NCBI RefSeq assembly: GCF_009834535.1
Contig: NC_045697.1
Coordinates: 59,088,001-59,152,000, forward strand
Source of the DNA: Camelus ferus
Taxonomy: Eukaryota
Reading direction: 5' to 3'
Length of the DNA stretch: 64,000 bases
In this document: positions 24,435 to 38,120 of the stretch, piece by piece
How the letters are laid out: each line of letters begins with the position of its first letter
Position numbering within the stretch: the first letter of the stretch is position 1
Notes under the pieces: model-generated
What the model was told of the DNA's origin: nothing
What the model saw: the letters and a program-made list of their open reading frames with translations, nothing else
The model's database searches: none
Translations under genes and position numbers: made by a program

Positions 24435-24600
24435 CGAGGAGTGCAATGGTTAATAGTGAGAGCTCCCAGGACTAGTCACCACCCGTGTGATCTGAGCAAG
24501 TAATTTCCACTCCACGCAACTTGGCTTCCCATTTGCAAAATAGTTATAATAGCACCTCTTCATAATATTGTTGTGAAAATGAAACGTATTTAATAGGTCT
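24435..24600 (+). mobile_element. MIR SINE
   Basis: gtgtgatctgagcaagtaatttccac...cttggcttcccatttgcaaaatag...ataatagcacct...tgttgtgaaaatgaaa. Confidence 0.75.
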
Positions 24601-25689
24601 TCATTACAACATGAGGACAATAATGAACATCTTCCTCAGAGTAAATAATCAAAAATGTCATCTCTAACTATAAGATCATCCTTTCTGAACATACCAGATA
24701 CCTAGAGAAGGGAAGTGCAGAAGACTGAGTTTAACTAGTCCTGCAAGGCAACTGGCAAGATCACTCATGACAGTCTCGTCCACGCAATGGGACATACAGA
24801 AATAAAATCGAACCAGTGTTTAATGAGAGGAACCCAAAAAGCCTTTCATAAGAGGACCAGGTGAATCATTTCAGGAGCTCCCGTGCACCAGTCTGTGTAC
24901 ACTGTCACTTCCGTACCAGAAGAGCTACCTCAGAACAGAAGCCCTTTTCTTGAGACCGTGCCACTTTAAAAATTTCCCCAAAGCGAGCAAGTCTATGTTC
25001 AAGTGCGAGGGGATATCCACCCTGACTGCCAACAACGAATGGACTCAGCAGTCAGGTAATGTCATTCTAATATCAACCCATAGCACTGCTCTTGAGTCTA
25101 ATGTGTGGTTACCATATTCCTGCAACAATTTAAATCAGTTTGTGTACATTATCCACCCCATTCTGTCCATTCATGCAGAAAAGTGCAAGAGGGTTAAAAG
25201 TGGTAACAAGGAGCACACCGTGACAGAAACGAAAAGATAACAAGAATGAAAGAAACCACTGGTGCTCAGATGAGCAAGAGTCAAGAGCAGGGATGACTCC
25301 ACCAGATGAAGAATAAACGGAAACCACATAAAAAGATCCAGGAGAAAGAAAGAAAAGTGACTTTTGTAAAAAGGAAGAGCTTTGGGTGCAAGGATAACCC
25401 AAGGATGGGCATCAATCCTGGATGCCTGTGAGCCTGGTGTTAGTGCAGAAACAGAAATTTGTCCAGGAACTTAACAAGCACAGTAATGACTAACTGAGGA
25501 ACTGGTGTCAAAATCCAGGGCTAATTATAGTGTCCAGGCAAGTCTGCACTTGTACAACAGAGCAGTGAAGAGTGCAGATCCCCAGGGGGAGGGGTCTATG
25601 TGGGGGCATGATTCACAACAGAACATCTACCAGCAGGAAGCTGAAGGGCATGGCTGGTGCTAAAACAGAGGTTATGGAACTGGTAGACC

Positions 25690-25900
25690 CCATCTTGTGG
25701 CGTCATAGCACCTTTACTCCTTTTTTTCAAAATAATTTCAAATAGCACCAAGAAGGCAGAATATTTAACAATAAAAATCTAGGTTTCTGGTTTCTAGAAA
25801 AAATAATCTGAAGGTCTGGCAGCAATTACACAATATGTGCCTCACTCATTCAGAATATCCGTTAGCCCTTGAAATGTCTGAGTTTATGGTCCTAGTTTTC
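25690..25900. mobile_element. Possible MER103-like hAT-Charlie relic
   Basis: ggtttctggtttctagaaaaaataatctgaaggtctggcagca resembles a recalled MER103C segment. Confidence 0.35.
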
Positions 25901-26436
25901 AAAATTTCAAAGGACTGAACTACACTCTACAGGATGGGGAGTTAATGGGTGATGGAACAGTAAACACTTAAGCACTTTGACTACATCCAAAGATTCTGAA
26001 TGTAAATGAAGTCTTTAGCTGGAATGAAAAAATGCACAATGAGGTTGAGAAGTGGTTAATGTAGGAAAAGCTGAAGGTAGAAAGCTTTCCTCTTCCCACC
26101 ATTAATACTGATAACGCTGCTTGATGGCTTGTGCAGCACTTTGATCACGTTACTGTTTACACTCATAATTAAGCAAAGGGAAATAAAGGTGGAGGCTCAA
26201 TTCTAGAAAAATAATCAGGGTCACAGAATTATAGGGATTTAGAATGGCAAAAGCCTTTGCAGATTGTCTAAGTCAATCCTCACAGATGAAAGAATTAACT
26301 AACTTATATGTAAAACCTCAAAGCATTTAAAGCTTCCTTTAATTTTAAAGTACATAATAATTCTAGAAATGAACTTAGTAATGTATAACTTTGTCAAAAG
26401 GCTGTGACTATATTCTAAATCATAAATACATTCACA

Positions 26437-26939
26437 TGTGAATGAAAACTGCTGCCTGCCCTATCAGTAAGCAAAGGATGTTGAAGCCATCAAGCCATTA
26501 CAGTCGCCCTGATGGTGAGCCTTGAGGGCACTCCAGGTGGCAACAAGCAGCCTGCTTGGTGTCAAGCCCCTGCAGCCTCTCCAGTGGTCCACCCAGAGGG
26601 CATTCAGGATGGGAAAGAACAGGCCCTAGATAGCTATCGTGCTTATCAAAGGAATGCTTTCTATGAGCCCAGACTCTTGCATCTTCCCATACACAGCCAA
26701 GTGCTAAGTTCCTTAACTTGAGATGCCTGGTTTTCTTTAATTAATAGTAACCTTTTGATATTCCCACTACCTGGTCTTAATTGCAAAAACTCCTATAGAT
26801 CCTGGCTCCTCTCTTACCTCTTCAGAGAGGGCCCTCAGAGCTCCCTGAGAGGCTATCTCCTGGGCTTGAAGTTCTCAGAAAATCTGCCCCAAGAAACGTA
26901 ATTCTCAATTTTTAAGCTGTGCAGTTTCTGCAGTGGACA
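26437..26939 (+). mobile_element. ERV1-class solo LTR (probably a cetartiodactyl MER41-like family)
   Basis: Starts TGTGAATGAAAACTGCTGCC and ends GTGGACA (TG...CA). 503 bp with an imperfect 4-bp TSD (caca/cata). TATA-like cctatagat at about 26792. Internal gagcccagactcttgcatcttcccatac matches a recalled artiodactyl ERV1 LTR. Family name uncertain. Confidence 0.75.
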
Positions 26940-28263
26940 CATATATGAGTGAAACTTAACATGTAAACAGAGTTGTACACATGTCCCAAACCAGGCCCCT
27001 CTTGGCTCTCACCTCTGTGAGCCAGTCAGGATGGTTTAATGAACACCCGAGGGGATTCTGCAGCACAGTGTATTCTGGCCTGTTTGGAAGTCAGACAACA
27101 GTCCCTCTTGGAGTTAAGTCTTTGGTTCAAAGATTTTCCTCCCTTTTTCCCAACTGTGTTTACCACTGGAGTAAGAGAACACCGGTTATCTGCCTACAAT
27201 CCATACACTGAGTCAAAGCCCTAGAGGTCTGAGACAGTGAAGGACCCTGATACTGAAGGTCCTATTCATAGAGCAAATACAAAAGTAAATTAGCAATAAT
27301 AAATGCTGTATCTCTGGAATTTGGAAAAGCCAGCTTAAAAAAAAAAAAAGTCTTGTGCATGAGTCACAGAATCATTAACACAGTGTTGCTGCGCCTGTGA
27401 ATTTCTGGCAGGTTAATTTTTGATCACTGGGGATGAGCAAAGCTCCCAACCAATTTTCTAAATCATCTTTAGGCAAACATCTAGGGGCAATCACCTAGAC
27501 TCCTTCCTCAAGACCCAGGTATGTTTTGAGAAAGCAGTCAAGATTCCTGAATGATTTACTAAGCTAACTGTCAGAACTGCTCATATACCTGGCTTAGACT
27601 GAGAATGAGTAACTAAAAAATCATGCATGACACCCTTTAGCCTCAGTGTCCTCACCTCACTCAGAAATCAAGCATCAAGAAAAGATAAATGTACCCTGGC
27701 TGTTCAAATAATTTTTAGACTCCTGCTTATGCAAGGTACTCCTAGTACGAGGTCACAATAAATAAAAATGAAATAGTACACGTGATAGTAAGCAGAAGAC
27801 AGCATGGTCATTTAGATGTAAATATATTTCCTTTCTGCTTTTAGTAAGTTTAGAACAGCATAATTAACCACTGGGTGCTATAACCTCAGGTTCTGAAACA
27901 AACTACTGGGGTCCCTCAAAAAACGTTCTTTAAATTTGAGATGACTGAAGCACAAATAAGAAATTATCCAAAATAAAACAATGTGAACAAATGAGCTATT
28001 AACCAAGTTTGATGATATATTTTTGCTTCCAAATAAATAACAAAGATCAATTTGGAAAATTAATGAGACAATCACATCTGAAATATAATTGTAGATACAG
28101 TCCTTAGAAAGAATCATCATTCACTGTAATTTTAAAATTTGAATCACTAATTTGTTGACAACAAATTTCAATCCTTAAAATAAATTTATCAAAGTCACTT
28201 CTGTTTCTTTTTCAAATCTTTTGGGAAAACATTGTAGTGATAATCTTAATGGTATAATATTGG

Positions 28264-28807
28264 AGCCAAGACATGGAAACAGCCTAAATGTCCATCAACA
28301 GATGACTGGTTAAAGAAGATGTGGTATATTTATACAATGGAATACTACTCAGCCATAAAAACCAACAACATAATGCCATTTGCAGCAACATGGATGCTCC
28401 TGGAGAATGTCATTCTAAGTGAAGTAAGCCAGAAAGAGAAAGAAAAATACCATATGAGATCATTTATATGTGGAATCTAAAAAACAAAAACAAAAAAACA
28501 AAGCATAAATACAAAACAGAAATAGACTCATAGACATAGAATACAAACTTGTGGTTGCCAAGGGGGTGGAGGGTGGGAAGGGATAGACGGAATTTCAAAA
28601 TTGTAGAATAAACAAGATTATACTGTGTAGCACAGGGAAATATATACAAAATCTTATGGTAGCTCACAGAGAAAAAAATGTGACAATGAATATATATGTT
28701 CATGTATAACTGAAAAATTGTGCTCTACACTGGAATTTGACACAACATTGTAAAATGATTATAAATCAATAAAAATGTTAAAAAATAAAATAAAATAAAA
28801 TAAAAAT
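28264..28807 (+). mobile_element. 5'-truncated young L1 3' end (camelid-type)
   Basis: agccaagacatggaaacagcctaaatgtccatcaacagatgactgg...atgccatttgcagcaacatggatg...ctaagtgaagtaagccagaaagagaaag...aataaaaatgtt plus (TAAAA)n tail. Short TSD atattgg at 28257-28263 and 28808-28814. Confidence 0.93.
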
Positions 28808-29289
28808 ATATTGGTAAATATTATATTGACTTAAAAAGAATTTACTTCCTATTATTCCTTATGGCACCTTGAAAGGGATTTACAGGCATTTTTTTAATGT
28901 AATGAAAACTTATATTGGACTTAGAGTATATATACCTGGTACTGTTCCAGGCATCTTAAAAATAGGCAGTTTAAACTTCATAAAAACCTTAGGAAGAGGT
29001 AACTTCTATACGAGAAAAATAAAATGTGCTTGCCTGAGAATCACAATGACTAATTTTAAGCTTTTAAAAAGAAAGGTTTATCCTGGAGTTGAGAGTATAA
29101 AGGTTCAATATTAGCAGGATTAAAAGCTAGGATTACATTTAGTGACTTTAGGCCTTTGATGAAAACCTTTAACTGCCAGCTCAAATTAGATGTTGACAGA
29201 TTAGAGTTTCATTACTTTTGAGAATGATTTACAGAAAAACTATTAGCAAACCAAATTATGTTTATTCCCTGTCATCTTTCACCCTTCTA

Positions 29290-29825
29290 TAAGGACAGGA
29301 GGGCAAGGAGGAGGGCCCCACATCCTTTCACACCCCTTCCAATGACACATTATGTCCCCTCTCCTGGGATCTGGGAGGGCTAGCGATCGCATGAACTAAT
29401 AGACTTTGGCAGGAGTGATGCTATGAGCCTTCTGAAGCAATGTCATGAAGTGCCATGCAGCTTCCCCTGGGGTAGCCTGGAACACTTGATCTCTGAACGT
29501 CCCCCCTTCAAACATAGCTGTCATGCTGGGAGAAGTCCAAGACACATGGAGAGGCCATGTATAGGTTCTCTAGCTGACCGTCCAGCTGGACACAGCCTTC
29601 AAGTCCCACAGCTGGGAAACCAGGCCTGTGAGTGAGGGAGCCTCAAGACATTCCAGGCCTCAGCCTGAGGCCCTGAAGCCTTCGGAATCCTCCCCACTGA
29701 GGCCCCAGACCAGTGCGGCGCAGACACAAGCCCTCTGTGCCTGTCAGAATTCTGCCCACATGATTTGTGAGCATAATAAAATGGTGATGGACACTTTGTT
29801 ACGTACCAATAGATAAATAAATATA
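29290..29825 (+). mobile_element. MaLR LTR (MLT1G/H-like)
   Basis: ctaatagactttggcaggagtgatgctatg...cacatggagaggccatgtatagg...actgaggccccagacc...gaattctgcccaca...gtgagcataataaaatggt...tttgttacgtaccaatagataa. Confidence 0.8.
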
Positions 29826-29899
29826 CTGTCACCCTAGTTAAATCAGCGAACTCTCTAAGTCCATGTCCATAATAGTAACAGGAGTAGTACTAGTGATAA

Positions 29900-30090
29900 A
29901 ATAATAATTGTCATAACCTCTTGCTCTGGATAAACGGTTAACACTTCACATTCATGGTTTTCTTTAACTCTCCCTCCTGGACCTATAAAACAAGTATAAT
30001 AAATATTCCCATTTCTACAGATGAGATTTTAACTGATGTCCCAAAGCCACAGAATGAGCAAATACCAGAACCATTATTTACTTGGAGTTA
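29900..30090 (-). mobile_element. MIR SINE
   Basis: cacttcacattcat...ctttaactctc...tattcccatttctacagatgag...tcccaaagccacag. Confidence 0.6.
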
Positions 30091-30979
30091 TTTGGAAGAA
30101 TTTAGTTGTTATAGTAAGGCACTGCTCATTTGGGAGGAAAAAAGTCCAGCTCCTTTCATAAAAGTGCATGTCAAAAATGTATTAATATAAAGGAAAATAA
30201 TGTATAAACCTATAGCCATTTTTACAACAACAAAAACGTATTAATGTAAGTATCACTTAAGTATTTCATTCTCAATAGTATTTACTTGGAATAGTTCAAA
30301 TCTGAATACTCTGAGATTCTTAGAACTCAAGAGCGGAAAATAAAGAAGTCCATATCTCAGGCAGCAAAATTCAATGGTATAAAATTGCAAAGCACTTCTT
30401 AAAGCTTACCAGATCAGCCCACCCTCACGATTCATCTTCATATGAAAGGTAGCAAAACCCACAAGACCTACATGATCTTAAAAGATCTGAAGAGAGTGGA
30501 ATTCCTACAATTATATTGCTGAAAAGGAAGAAGGTCCTCAGAGATCAGCCAATCCAATCCCTCCTCTGACAAGGAGAACAGTCATGTGATTTGCCCAGGG
30601 CTGCCCTTCTTTTCTCACTCCCATTCAGTGCCCTTTACTAAGGAGCAGGCTGCTTCTTTAAGAAGACCAACTATTTCAGCGAACTCTGTAGTCCCCAAAA
30701 TTTCAGAATAGATTAATCGTTGCTGTGGCTAATCCTTTTCCACTTCAAAGAGTGGCTAATCCCCAGTTCTCGGTAATATTTGGGGCATGAAGATATAACG
30801 TCCCCACGCTTAGGCATTATAGAAGACAGACAATACAAGGAGACACCAATTGCAAACAAAGCACATGTTAGTCCAGAAAGTGAAGTAATTCACAAGTTAA
30901 TGTGGATATCATATCTTAAGTGTCCATAAAGCCTTATGTTGCAGTAATGACAAGGGAAATGAGAATAAGAAAAGCAACC

Positions 30980-31110
30980 ATGATAATGTTTACTCTGTTC
31001 CAGGACTAAGTATCATTCATACAGCATTCCCCTGTAACCATCACAAAAACACCACGGGGAGGATACTCTTCTGCCCATTTGACAGATGAGAAAACTGCAA
31101 ACTGGAGAAG
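30980..31110 (-). mobile_element. MIR SINE
   Basis: tttactctgttccagg...taaccatcacaaaaacacc...cccatttgacagatgagaaaactg. Confidence 0.65.
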
Positions 31111-31149
31111 CAACCATCGCACATGTGAACAATGACAATTGCATATAAA

Positions 31150-31620
31150 ATCCATTCTCTTTTTTCTCTTTATTTCATTTAAGGGGGCAAAGCACCCAGT
31201 TAAAGACTAGGTTTCCCAACCACATGTTCAGCTGGCCATGTCATTACATTCAGGCCAATGATAAATAAGTATTGGGTGGATTTTCCTAGAAGGCTGTTGA
31301 TTCAGCTGAAAATGTATTCCTTTTGTGTTCTCTGCTTTGCATCTTTCCTTCCTGCAACAGGGGATGGAGATGAGATAGCTTCAGCTCCAGAAGCCACGTT
31401 GTGACATGAGGTGATCCTGGGAGTGAAAGCCAGAAACAAAATGAGGATGAAGGAGGCAGGAATCTTGGTCTCTGAAGATCATGGAGTCATGACCTAGGGC
31501 CCACATTACCCACTGATAGACTTCTTTTCCAAGAGAGAGAAATTTCTATAATGTTTAAGTTCTAATATGTTGAGTTTCCTGATAAATGTTATGAGACACA
31601 ACTAATCCTTACTAATGTAT
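31150..31620 (+). mobile_element. MaLR LTR (MLT1J-like)
   Basis: ggccatgtcattacattcaggccaatga...agctccagaagccacgttgtgacatgaggtga...gacttctttt...gagagagaaatttctataatgtttaag...aatccttactaat. Confidence 0.7.
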
Positions 31621-33139
31621 TACCTTTACAGAAAAATATCGCCAAACAAAATGCTGAAAGCTCCTAAAACAATTAAAAAATCAATTTGTACCTCAGAGTC
31701 TACTTTACTATAATTCCTATTTCATCCTGCAGAGGAGCTGTACTTCCATTTCAAGGCTAAACGTACAAATTTAAAGATAGACACTGAAGACTATCATTGT
31801 CTAAACGACATAATTCTGCCTGGATCATATTGCAGGCAGGAAGGTGAGATGGGGAAGGGAGCTTAGCAAGTAAAAGATGGATTAAGAAAGAATCAGAAAT
31901 GCTACAGTTAGTTGACTCTAAGCTTTATGCTGTGCACGTACAACACAACCAACCAAGAAATTCTACCTATTGTTTACGCAGTGACAGATTAAAGAAAATG
32001 AGGTGTAGCTCGATAAACAAGCTCTCTCCTAAAGCAGATTTAGACACTATTCATCCCCTTCTTTTCAGTCTTGAAGTCTGCTTAGCTGGAACTGTAAAAT
32101 AAATTCCAGCACTCAGAACATTTCAAGGAGGAATAATTTTCAAAACTGGCTCAGGCTTTATTTTACTTTGAAATTGATTAGATGTGCTGTTAAAGGAAAA
32201 ATTGGTTGGTGTCTCAAAGAGTATTTTAGACAAATATAAGACAGCTAATTTTGGATGCTTTAGCTATTACCCATTTCTGCCCATGTGTCATCAACCCAGA
32301 AACAAATCATGTCAGATTAGGTTTAACTGCATATCAAATTATACCAAAAAAGGTGAAACAATCAATCTATTAGTATTAACACAGTATTTGCTGTTTAGTC
32401 AACTGATTATAAAATCAGCAGTGAATTTTTTTTTAAAGGACTTTAAACAAACAATAAATGGACTAAGGCAGTGAAAATAAAATCACTGATGAGTTGCTTA
32501 GTAAGTAATGGAAATCAAACTCAATATACTTGGAAAGAAATGTTACATAAGGAGTAATTTAATTTAACTTTTCAATTTAGAGGACGCTTAGTCATATGTA
32601 ACTTTCTAAAGTGAAGCATTTCAACAACTCATCATGAGTCTGTTTTAGAAGATAATCTGAAAATCGATAAGAATGACAAAAAATTTACTCTCCAATACCA
32701 TCTGATCTAACTGCTAAAGAAGCAAAGACAAGCAAATGAGAATGTTTCAACTCAGTGAGTCAATACTGCATTTCACACATACAGCAATTTGCTCCTCTGA
32801 AACTTTTAAATGGGATTCAAACTAAGTTACTCCTCTCCTTGTAGGGGGTTTCTGGAATAAACAGAAAAGCTCTAAAGCATAAATCACACTAATTCTGTTT
32901 TGAATGGTTTCATGTCTCTTTAAAGCATTACTAATAAACTGAAAATTCAAATTGGTTTCTTTGCTCTTAACTCTGTGAGCAAGGAATAATCACAGGAATA
33001 GAGTCAGCATGCAATAAATAATTTCTGAATGAATAATGAGTCAGTGGATGATGATGCACCAGACTGTGTTCCATCAGATCTGGATATTCCAGCTCCGGTA
33101 TCTCATTGAATGGTTAATTCATGCAAGGGGGACACAACA

Positions 33140-33290
33140 GTATGACAGAAAGACACTCCAAGGAAGTTTCAGAGGCAGATCTGGATTCAAATCCTGATGT
33201 AGCCAAGGCTTGGCATTTACCATCCCTAACCTTCCATTTTCTCAACTATAAAAAGAAGTTAATAATGCATAACTTCCACAGGCACCATGC
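33140..33290 (+). mobile_element. MIR SINE
   Basis: cagatctggattcaaatcctg...taaccttccattttctcaactataaaaag...taataatgc. Confidence 0.6.
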
Positions 33291-36200
33291 TGTATAGTTC
33301 CTGGTACTGTTTCTGACAAATATTTGTTCCTGATCTAAAATGACAGGTTGTTATTATTATGATATGATGGACATCTTTGAGTATTATTTTCTTATCTGAA
33401 AAAAAGGAGCAATAATTTCTGGTATACCTACATTTCAGGGAGGTTGGGAGGATGAAATCAGGTATTTTAGGTGAAAATGTATTAAAACTATAAAACGCTA
33501 TAGGGTATAAATGACAGCAGAATTCTTCTTCTATTATTCAACCCCTGCAACTGACTGAAATTTGCCAAACAGTGTCATTACTTAAACACCATTCTGTGGC
33601 AGGGAAATGGACAACTGTGAACTCTGGCATTAGGTGGGAAGTATGGTGGGAAATAAGCCCTTTGAAATATTTTTGACTCCCATCACAAACAATGCAAATG
33701 GCGTATTTAAAAACCTACCCTGGTTTTACAATCTGTACTATCAAAAACTGAATGTCCTGTGAACTTTTACAAAAGAACTAAAAAGTTTATAGAATTTACA
33801 ACACACAGTGCCATATGCATCTTGGTCTGCCTACAGGAGGGAGTATACAGGCAAGATTTCTGTTTCTGAAAGCACTCCTGAATTGCAATAGAATACGATG
33901 CAGGCTTTTTGTGTGTCATACTCATTTCTCTATCCACAGGATGTAGTTCAGTGTCTGGGAAATTATATGCTAAATTAACGGCTAAACGAATTCAGCTAAA
34001 ACTAAACGTGATTGCTTTCCATCATGCTTTAAAAAGCCAATATGCTCATGACAAAAATATCTGAAACTAAGGCCTATAGAAAAAAAATAAGGGTTTCTTT
34101 TTCTTTAAAAAAATTCTCAGTCTCAGATTGTTATATTATTGTTGTGTTTGCTTGAAAGATAATCAGTAGTAGCACTCAATTGTGTTGTCTTATATATTGT
34201 AAATTGAGTTTCCTTCCTGTAAGCCGATGGTGAAATTTGGTGCCCCACAATAGGTAATCCTAGTAAAAAAAGCATTCACCCCAATTCTGATCCATTACCC
34301 CCCAAAACTGAAACCTCATTTTAGTTAAAATATTATATAGTTAAAGGACTATTATCATAAATCTTTTATTTAGAGCACAGTGAATCTTCACTTGTTCTGG
34401 ACAAAACAATATTAAAATAATAACATGACAAAAATAAGACAAAGAAAGAAAGTGAAATCTGCATCAAATTGGGACATCTTCAAAGCCACTACTGCTAAAT
34501 TCCAACCTAAATACATATTTAAGGTTAAATATATGGAGAAACTAAACAACTCTGGATACATGCAAATAATCAGGTCCTGGTGGTTTGTAAAGTTCTTCAT
34601 AGAAGAATACCCTTTAGGAATCCCAAGTCGCAGCAAAAGAGCAGTGACTAAACTTAGCCCAAAGCTAATGTCTGCTCTCAGTTCTATTAGGCACCACCTA
34701 GCTTCCCCCAGAACTAGTCCCACTATTAATCAATCTAAGGAAAGGCTTCCCTGGTCACCTGTTACAAGACAGCTAGCAGCTGGGCTACTTTACGTAATAA
34801 GGGACTTGGTTTTCAAGGTGGTGAGGGAAAAGAACCAGAAGCTTGGCAGCTGTGAACCAGCAGCCCCACCCTTTCACCATATAACAGAAAGCAGCTGTTG
34901 CCTCAACAGCTGGCAGGTGGTCGATGAAAATGAGCTCTGAAAGGAGGTGGAGACTGTATGCAGAGTTGTGAAAGAGTCACAGGAGGCAACAGAGAGTAGC
35001 AAAGAGCAGGGTGGAAGAGAAACAGAGAAAAGAATGAGAGAAAAGGTCAGCACCCTGGTGCGAGTGAACTGTGGCAGAAACTACTCATAGAAATTATGGG
35101 AGCTTGCAACCTGAGAAACCTTGTTTGAAAAGAAGAAAGAACAGATAGATATGTGCCGGAAGGTATTTCATTACCCTATCTGAAAGTAGGAAAACTGGAT
35201 TATCATTTGAACTTTCTCCTCACCTTTCCACCCGTTTACCGCTTAATGCTGTGACTATGTAGTGATGTACTGTAAATAAAGTATGATAATTATACACAGG
35301 AAGAAATTTGTGACAAATATTAAGAAGATGATGACTCCGACTTCCCCAGCAGTCCATGTTTTGAGACCGATGCCATATTCACAGACACTTGATTTACTCA
35401 GCAAACCTAGACTGATGTCAACCATGGGCCCCCAACTGGGCCAGACAACAGCTCATGAGGCACGGACATGGTCTCCAGTAATTGCATGTGGGAGAGAAAG
35501 GCTTCGACACCAACGATGATGCTACTTGTGATCCACTCAAAGCGTGCAAAAGAAAGACAAGAACTCCACTGAGGACAAGACCTGCAGAAGATGGGGGTAG
35601 GGGGAAGGGGCAGGCTGCAAAGCTTCAGAAATTGAGGGACCATTCCAGCTGGCCTTGAAGGATGACTAGGGTTTATCTGAAGAGGAACTTTTTAAAAAAA
35701 GTATTTCAGGGAAAAAACAGCACATGCACATGCAAATATAAAGACCATGATAGATGGAGAAGGAAGCTGAGAGACAAGTGAAAGGATTTGCTGAGGCTTG
35801 GCTGGGGCTAAAAGCCTTACACGTGTAATAGCACTGATCCACAAATCTATCCAATTTTTCTTCAGCTGGCCTTGACAACCTGGCAAAGAAAGCCAAAGTA
35901 AGGACAGCAAACTTGAATGTGCTTCAGAGAGAAGAGGAGGAGAAAGGGAGAAAGACCATGCTCCGGATGCTGTCTCTCCATCTCCCGTGGTCCAACCCTC
36001 TCCCCGGGTTTCAGCCTAGTTCTTCACACCAGTATCTGCATAAGAGCAGGGAAACCGGGGGATTACGTGGAGAGGGCCCCCTTTAGTAAACCCTTCACTT
36101 TCCTCTAAACAAACATCCTTTCATCAAAAAAACAGCAGCAACAGAATAAGGTATAGTAAGCCAAGATGAGTGGTGGAAATAATAGCATATAAAGCAGATC

Positions 36201-37739
36201 AGGAAGCTGGCACAGGAGGCATCCAGTGAAATCACATCACACTGCAAAGGGCAAACGCTGAGATGAAGATTATCAGGCTGCCTACTTCTCCAGTCACTGT
36301 TCAGTGTTCCTGATACCATTCTATCTCTGCCAGAGTCCATAGCTTCTACCAAGTTCCTAACTGGTTTTCATGAACGATGATTCCATCTGTGTGTTCCCAA
36401 TTACCAACTCAGGGTGCATTTGCCTCAGAGCAAGAAATCCAAGAATGGGTTTTATGGGGCTATATTTAAATGAATTTGTTATTGCACAATAATCCTAAAA
36501 GATTAAATGCTAGTTTTATTTTCTCAGTATTATAGATTTAAACTCACATGATATAAGAGAACATGCCATACCTACAGTTACACATGCATACGTCTATTTT
36601 AAGGGAGAGATGACACATCGGTTTTATGTTTATTACTTCTAGTTATTTAGGCCCCACAGAGAAAGAAAACCAAATTCAGCAATTCTTTTATAATACTATT
36701 TAAGAGACTTTTATTTCTATTCTGTCAAATGGACATGTATGTTATTAAAGCATTTTTATAAGGAAAATATACCCCAGAGAATAGACGACTTGAAATACAA
36801 GTTAGTTTCCAATCTGTTTTCTGATCAGTAAAACACAATTCCTCCCCTTTCATCATATTTACTACTGTATAAATCACTGTAACTGAAGTCAGCTAATAAA
36901 CTTTCACAGCCAAAGTCTCACGCTGAACTCCATAACCCACAAATATTTGCTCTATAAAATATGACAGGTTGGGAAAGTTGGGTAGATCTGGATAGCAGCA
37001 AATGATCCTCATTTTTGTATCCTATCCATGAATTGTATTTAAAATTGCCAACACAAATTTACCTTCAATACAGAAAGATATCCCAAGTCCAAGGATAGTA
37101 TTTCATCAAAATATTCTAGCCGTAAAGTAAAACTGAATTTAAATCAATCTTAATAGCGTGGTTAGCTTTATTAGACTGCACAGTGAAATAAAGTCCTTTA
37201 ACTTATTTTATGGTGATGGTATTAAAATCAACCTTGGGTTTCATTCACAAATCAGACATAACAGCCTTATAATATTATTTGCCAAAGATTTCCACTAATA
37301 CAAACATAACTTCCCTTTAAAGGTCTTTGAAGGAAGAGGAACTAGAATGGCAATTAGTTTTCCTTCAAAACAAAATGACAGCTGTAAAGAGAAGCCAATA
37401 TTAGAACTAACAAGGCCTTATTTAAATATTACAAGTAACATTTAAACTTTAAAAGCTAGTTTCTATTAAGATATGTACTGTTAGGGGAAACCCTAATCCC
37501 CTCCCTCATGCAGAAACTTCTACTCCTAAAAGGAAAACACATTTGACCATCTAATCTTCACTCCTCATGAGAGAAGCAGAGATTACATGGTGGGCAGGAC
37601 CTTGAGAGTCTATTACTGAATTCTACATACTTCAGTTTAGCAAGAAAAAGGTGTAAAAAGTCTGCCCATGACGTGGGTGCCTTTTCTCACTTGGTCTGTT
37701 TAACTTAAGCTTGAGGGGGAAGTATCTGAAAAACCACTG

Positions 37740-38120
37740 GCTGCAGGTCCAGACCATGGTTTCTCATGGAGATCTACCAATAATATAGATAGCTTGATTT
37801 CCATCTGATTCCTGTGTGTATTTCCCCGTTGGTTTGAAATTGAAGTCCCTACTCCTAACACACTGTGGGGCCACTGGGTTCTTACCAAATCACCTCCTGA
37901 AATTCTACTCGTCTTTAAATGTTCATGTCTAATATTACCTATTTTGGTGAGCATTTAATTGATTCCCTTGTTGAAACTGTTTCTCCTCAATGTTCGCATG
38001 GCACTTCGCAGCGCACTTGTCCTATTTCCTCACTAGCTTACAAATAAAGCCAGAGACAGTAAATTATTGGTATGCCCTTTGAACGGTGTCTTGCATAGAA
38101 CTGTTCAAAAACTGCTAGAT
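37740..38120 (+). mobile_element. L2 fragment
   Basis: aaattctactcgtctttaaatgttcatgtctaatattacct...cctatttcctcactag...ggtgtcttgcatag. Confidence 0.5.

Noticed and set aside
30410..30486. Minus-strand exon candidate (ctctcttcag| ... CTG|GTAAGC)
   Set aside because: Stops in all three frames and no other support. Likely a pseudo-exon.
34412..35280. 171-aa ORF (34425..34940) and possible old LTR
   Set aside because: The peptide is unrecognisable. The region may be a decayed LTR, but I cannot support a family or boundaries.
35817..35828. 12-bp palindrome TTACACGTGTAA containing an E-box
   Set aside because: An isolated short motif at the edge of repeat-like sequence. Palindromes of this length are expected by chance in 64 kb.
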